This document shows positions 62,564-64,000 of a stretch of 64,000 nucleotides of DNA, piece by piece. Below the pieces are notes generated by a model. It had not been told where the DNA came from, did no database searches, and was given only the letters and a program-made list of their open reading frames with translations. The stretch comes from Tubiluchus corallicola. Its lineage: Eukaryota; Animalia; Priapulida. The position numbers were made by a program, and so were the translations under genes. The stretch is from the NCBI GenBank assembly GCA_030141605.1, contig JAQGDQ010000189.1:1-64000 (forward strand), in the 5' to 3' direction. Every line of letters begins with the position of its first letter. Position 1 is the stretch's first letter.

Positions 62564-63172
62564 ATGAAGGTAATATGTATAGGCAGAAATTTTGCAGAGC
62601 ATGCAAAGGAGCTTAATAACAGGGTTACAAGTGAACCTGTTTTTTTCATGAAACCGGATTCCTCCCTGTTGATTAATAATTTTCCTTTTTATATCCCTGA
62701 TTTTTCGAATGAGATACATTATGAGGTAGAGCTGATATTGAAGGTTAGTCGCCTCGGAAAAAATATAGATAAGAGGTTTGCCCATCGTTATTATGACAAG
62801 ATAGGCTTGGGTGTGGATTTTACCGCAAGGGATGTGCAGCGAGTCTGCAAAGAGAAGGGGCTACCTTGGGAAAAGGCAAAAGGGTTTGACGCATCGGCAG
62901 TAGTAGGCAAGTTTGTGCCTAAAGAGAAATTTAAAAGCTCCTCAATTAGTTTTTCTCTATTAAAAAACGGAGAGAGGGTTCAATCCGGCAATTCATCGGA
63001 TATGATCTTCTCATTTGATGAGATTATAGCTTATGTGTCTAAGTTTCTTACTTTGAAGATAGGAGATCTCATATACACAGGAACCCCTGCAGGAGTTGGG
63101 AAGGTGTCGATAGGCGATCAGCTAAAAGGGTATATTGGTGATGAGTTGTTTTTTGACTTTTTAATAAAATAA
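62564..63172 (+). CDS. Fumarylacetoacetate hydrolase family protein
   Basis: CIGRN, FMKP, HYEVEL, DFTARD, TGTPAGVG. Confidence 0.95.
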   Translation: MKVICIGRNFAEHAKELNNRVTSEPVFFMKPDSSLLINNFPFYIPDFSNEIHYEVELILKVSRLGKNIDKRFAHRYYDKIGLGVDFTARDVQRVCKEKGLPWEKAKGFDASAVVGKFVPKEKFKSSSISFSLLKNGERVQSGNSSDMIFSFDEIIAYVSKFLTLKIGDLIYTGTPAGVGKVSIGDQLKGYIGDELFFDFLIK

Positions 63173-63267
63173 GCAGGTGTCATAAATTAACTTATATAGG
63201 TTAGGCAACAAACAGACGATTTCGTATAACTATAATAGACTATTTTAAATAACCTAATAAAGAAGGA

Positions 63268-63702
63268 ATGAGAATTTTATTAATACTCACGGCCCTTTTG
63301 CTAAGCTTCAATATTGAGATTCAGGGTAAAACGGAGGGTAAAACGGAGAAAGGTCAGGATGGTAATGGTATGAAAACCATGCCATTTCATTTAAGTTTTG
63401 TAACGCCGATAGGGACCAATGGAATGGAGTCATGGAACACCATTAATAATATATCGGTTAACCTGCTTGGAGGGTATTCAGGAGGGCTGGATGGAGTTGA
63501 GTTTGCCGGGCTTTTTAATGTGCTTAATAGCGATGTGAAGGGAGCACAGTTTGCCGGGTTCGCAAATTGTAGTAAAGACTATTTTGAAGGCGCGCAGTTT
63601 GCCGGATTTGCAAATAGTGTAATAAAGGATATTAAAGGCGTGCAGTTTGCTGGATTTGCAAATTGTGCAGTAGGCATAGAAATGTTGCAGATATTGTATT
63701 GA
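63268..63702 (+). pseudogene. Exported protein with 16-aa G(A/V)QFAGFAN repeats, apparently truncated next to the IS
   Basis: Signal peptide and four repeats, then an abrupt non-repeat tail ending 10 bp before the IS terminus. Confidence 0.6.
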
Positions 63703-63712
63703 ATGATTTAAA

Positions 63713-64000
63713 GACACTGTTTCACAAAGTGTGTAAACTAAAAAAATGCGACACTGTTTCACAAAGTGTGTAAACTAAAAAAATGCCGAGGGTTTGGCTA
63801 TTTATAGCTGGACCCTTTTTTCAAATATAACTAAGAACTGATTCAAGACAATGCCCCAGTTTCTGATTGGCATTGACCATTTTTTAGTTGCTTCTCTGGT
63901 TGCCAAAAATACAGATTTCATTACAGCCTGGTCTGACGGGAATGAAAGTTTGTTTTTTGTGTATTTTCTGATTTTTCCGTTGAGATTCTCAATCAGGTTG
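63713..64000 (-). mobile_element. IS256-family copy 3 (partial, runs off the window) with a doubled terminus
   Basis: The terminal sequence starts at 63713 and again at 63750. The transposase 3' end (stop at 63802-63804) matches copy 1. Confidence 0.93.

Overview
Bacteroidetes-type chromosomal window (gldF/G, DPP7, Bacteroidetes lipoboxes, TAnnTTTG promoter boxes). Positions 0.2-22.3 kb are an accessory locus: eight tandem, co-oriented minus-strand paralogues of a predicted surface lipoprotein (lipobox, 1-5 Ig-like stalk modules, conserved linker, GLUG-repeat head). Four copies are intact and four are disrupted. The copies are patchworks of one another with nonsynonymous hypervariable loops, and most are separated by a near-identical ~270-bp spacer carrying a terminator and a palindrome over the promoter. 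Two IS256-family copies lie in or beside the locus. Positions 22.5-63.2 kb are mostly housekeeping genes with strong G/T skew on the + strand. An accessory patch at 48.7-55.0 kb interrupts them: a tandem array of a highly structured, pseudoknot-forming non-coding repeat, a pentapeptide-repeat membrane protein and an old, divergent ninth lipoprotein paralogue. A third IS256 copy with a doubled end starts at 63.7 kb. The best candidates for an undescribed system are the mosaic lipoprotein cassette array (possible antigenic or adhesin variation) and the structured RNA-like repeat. All comparisons were made by eye; no searches or alignments were run.
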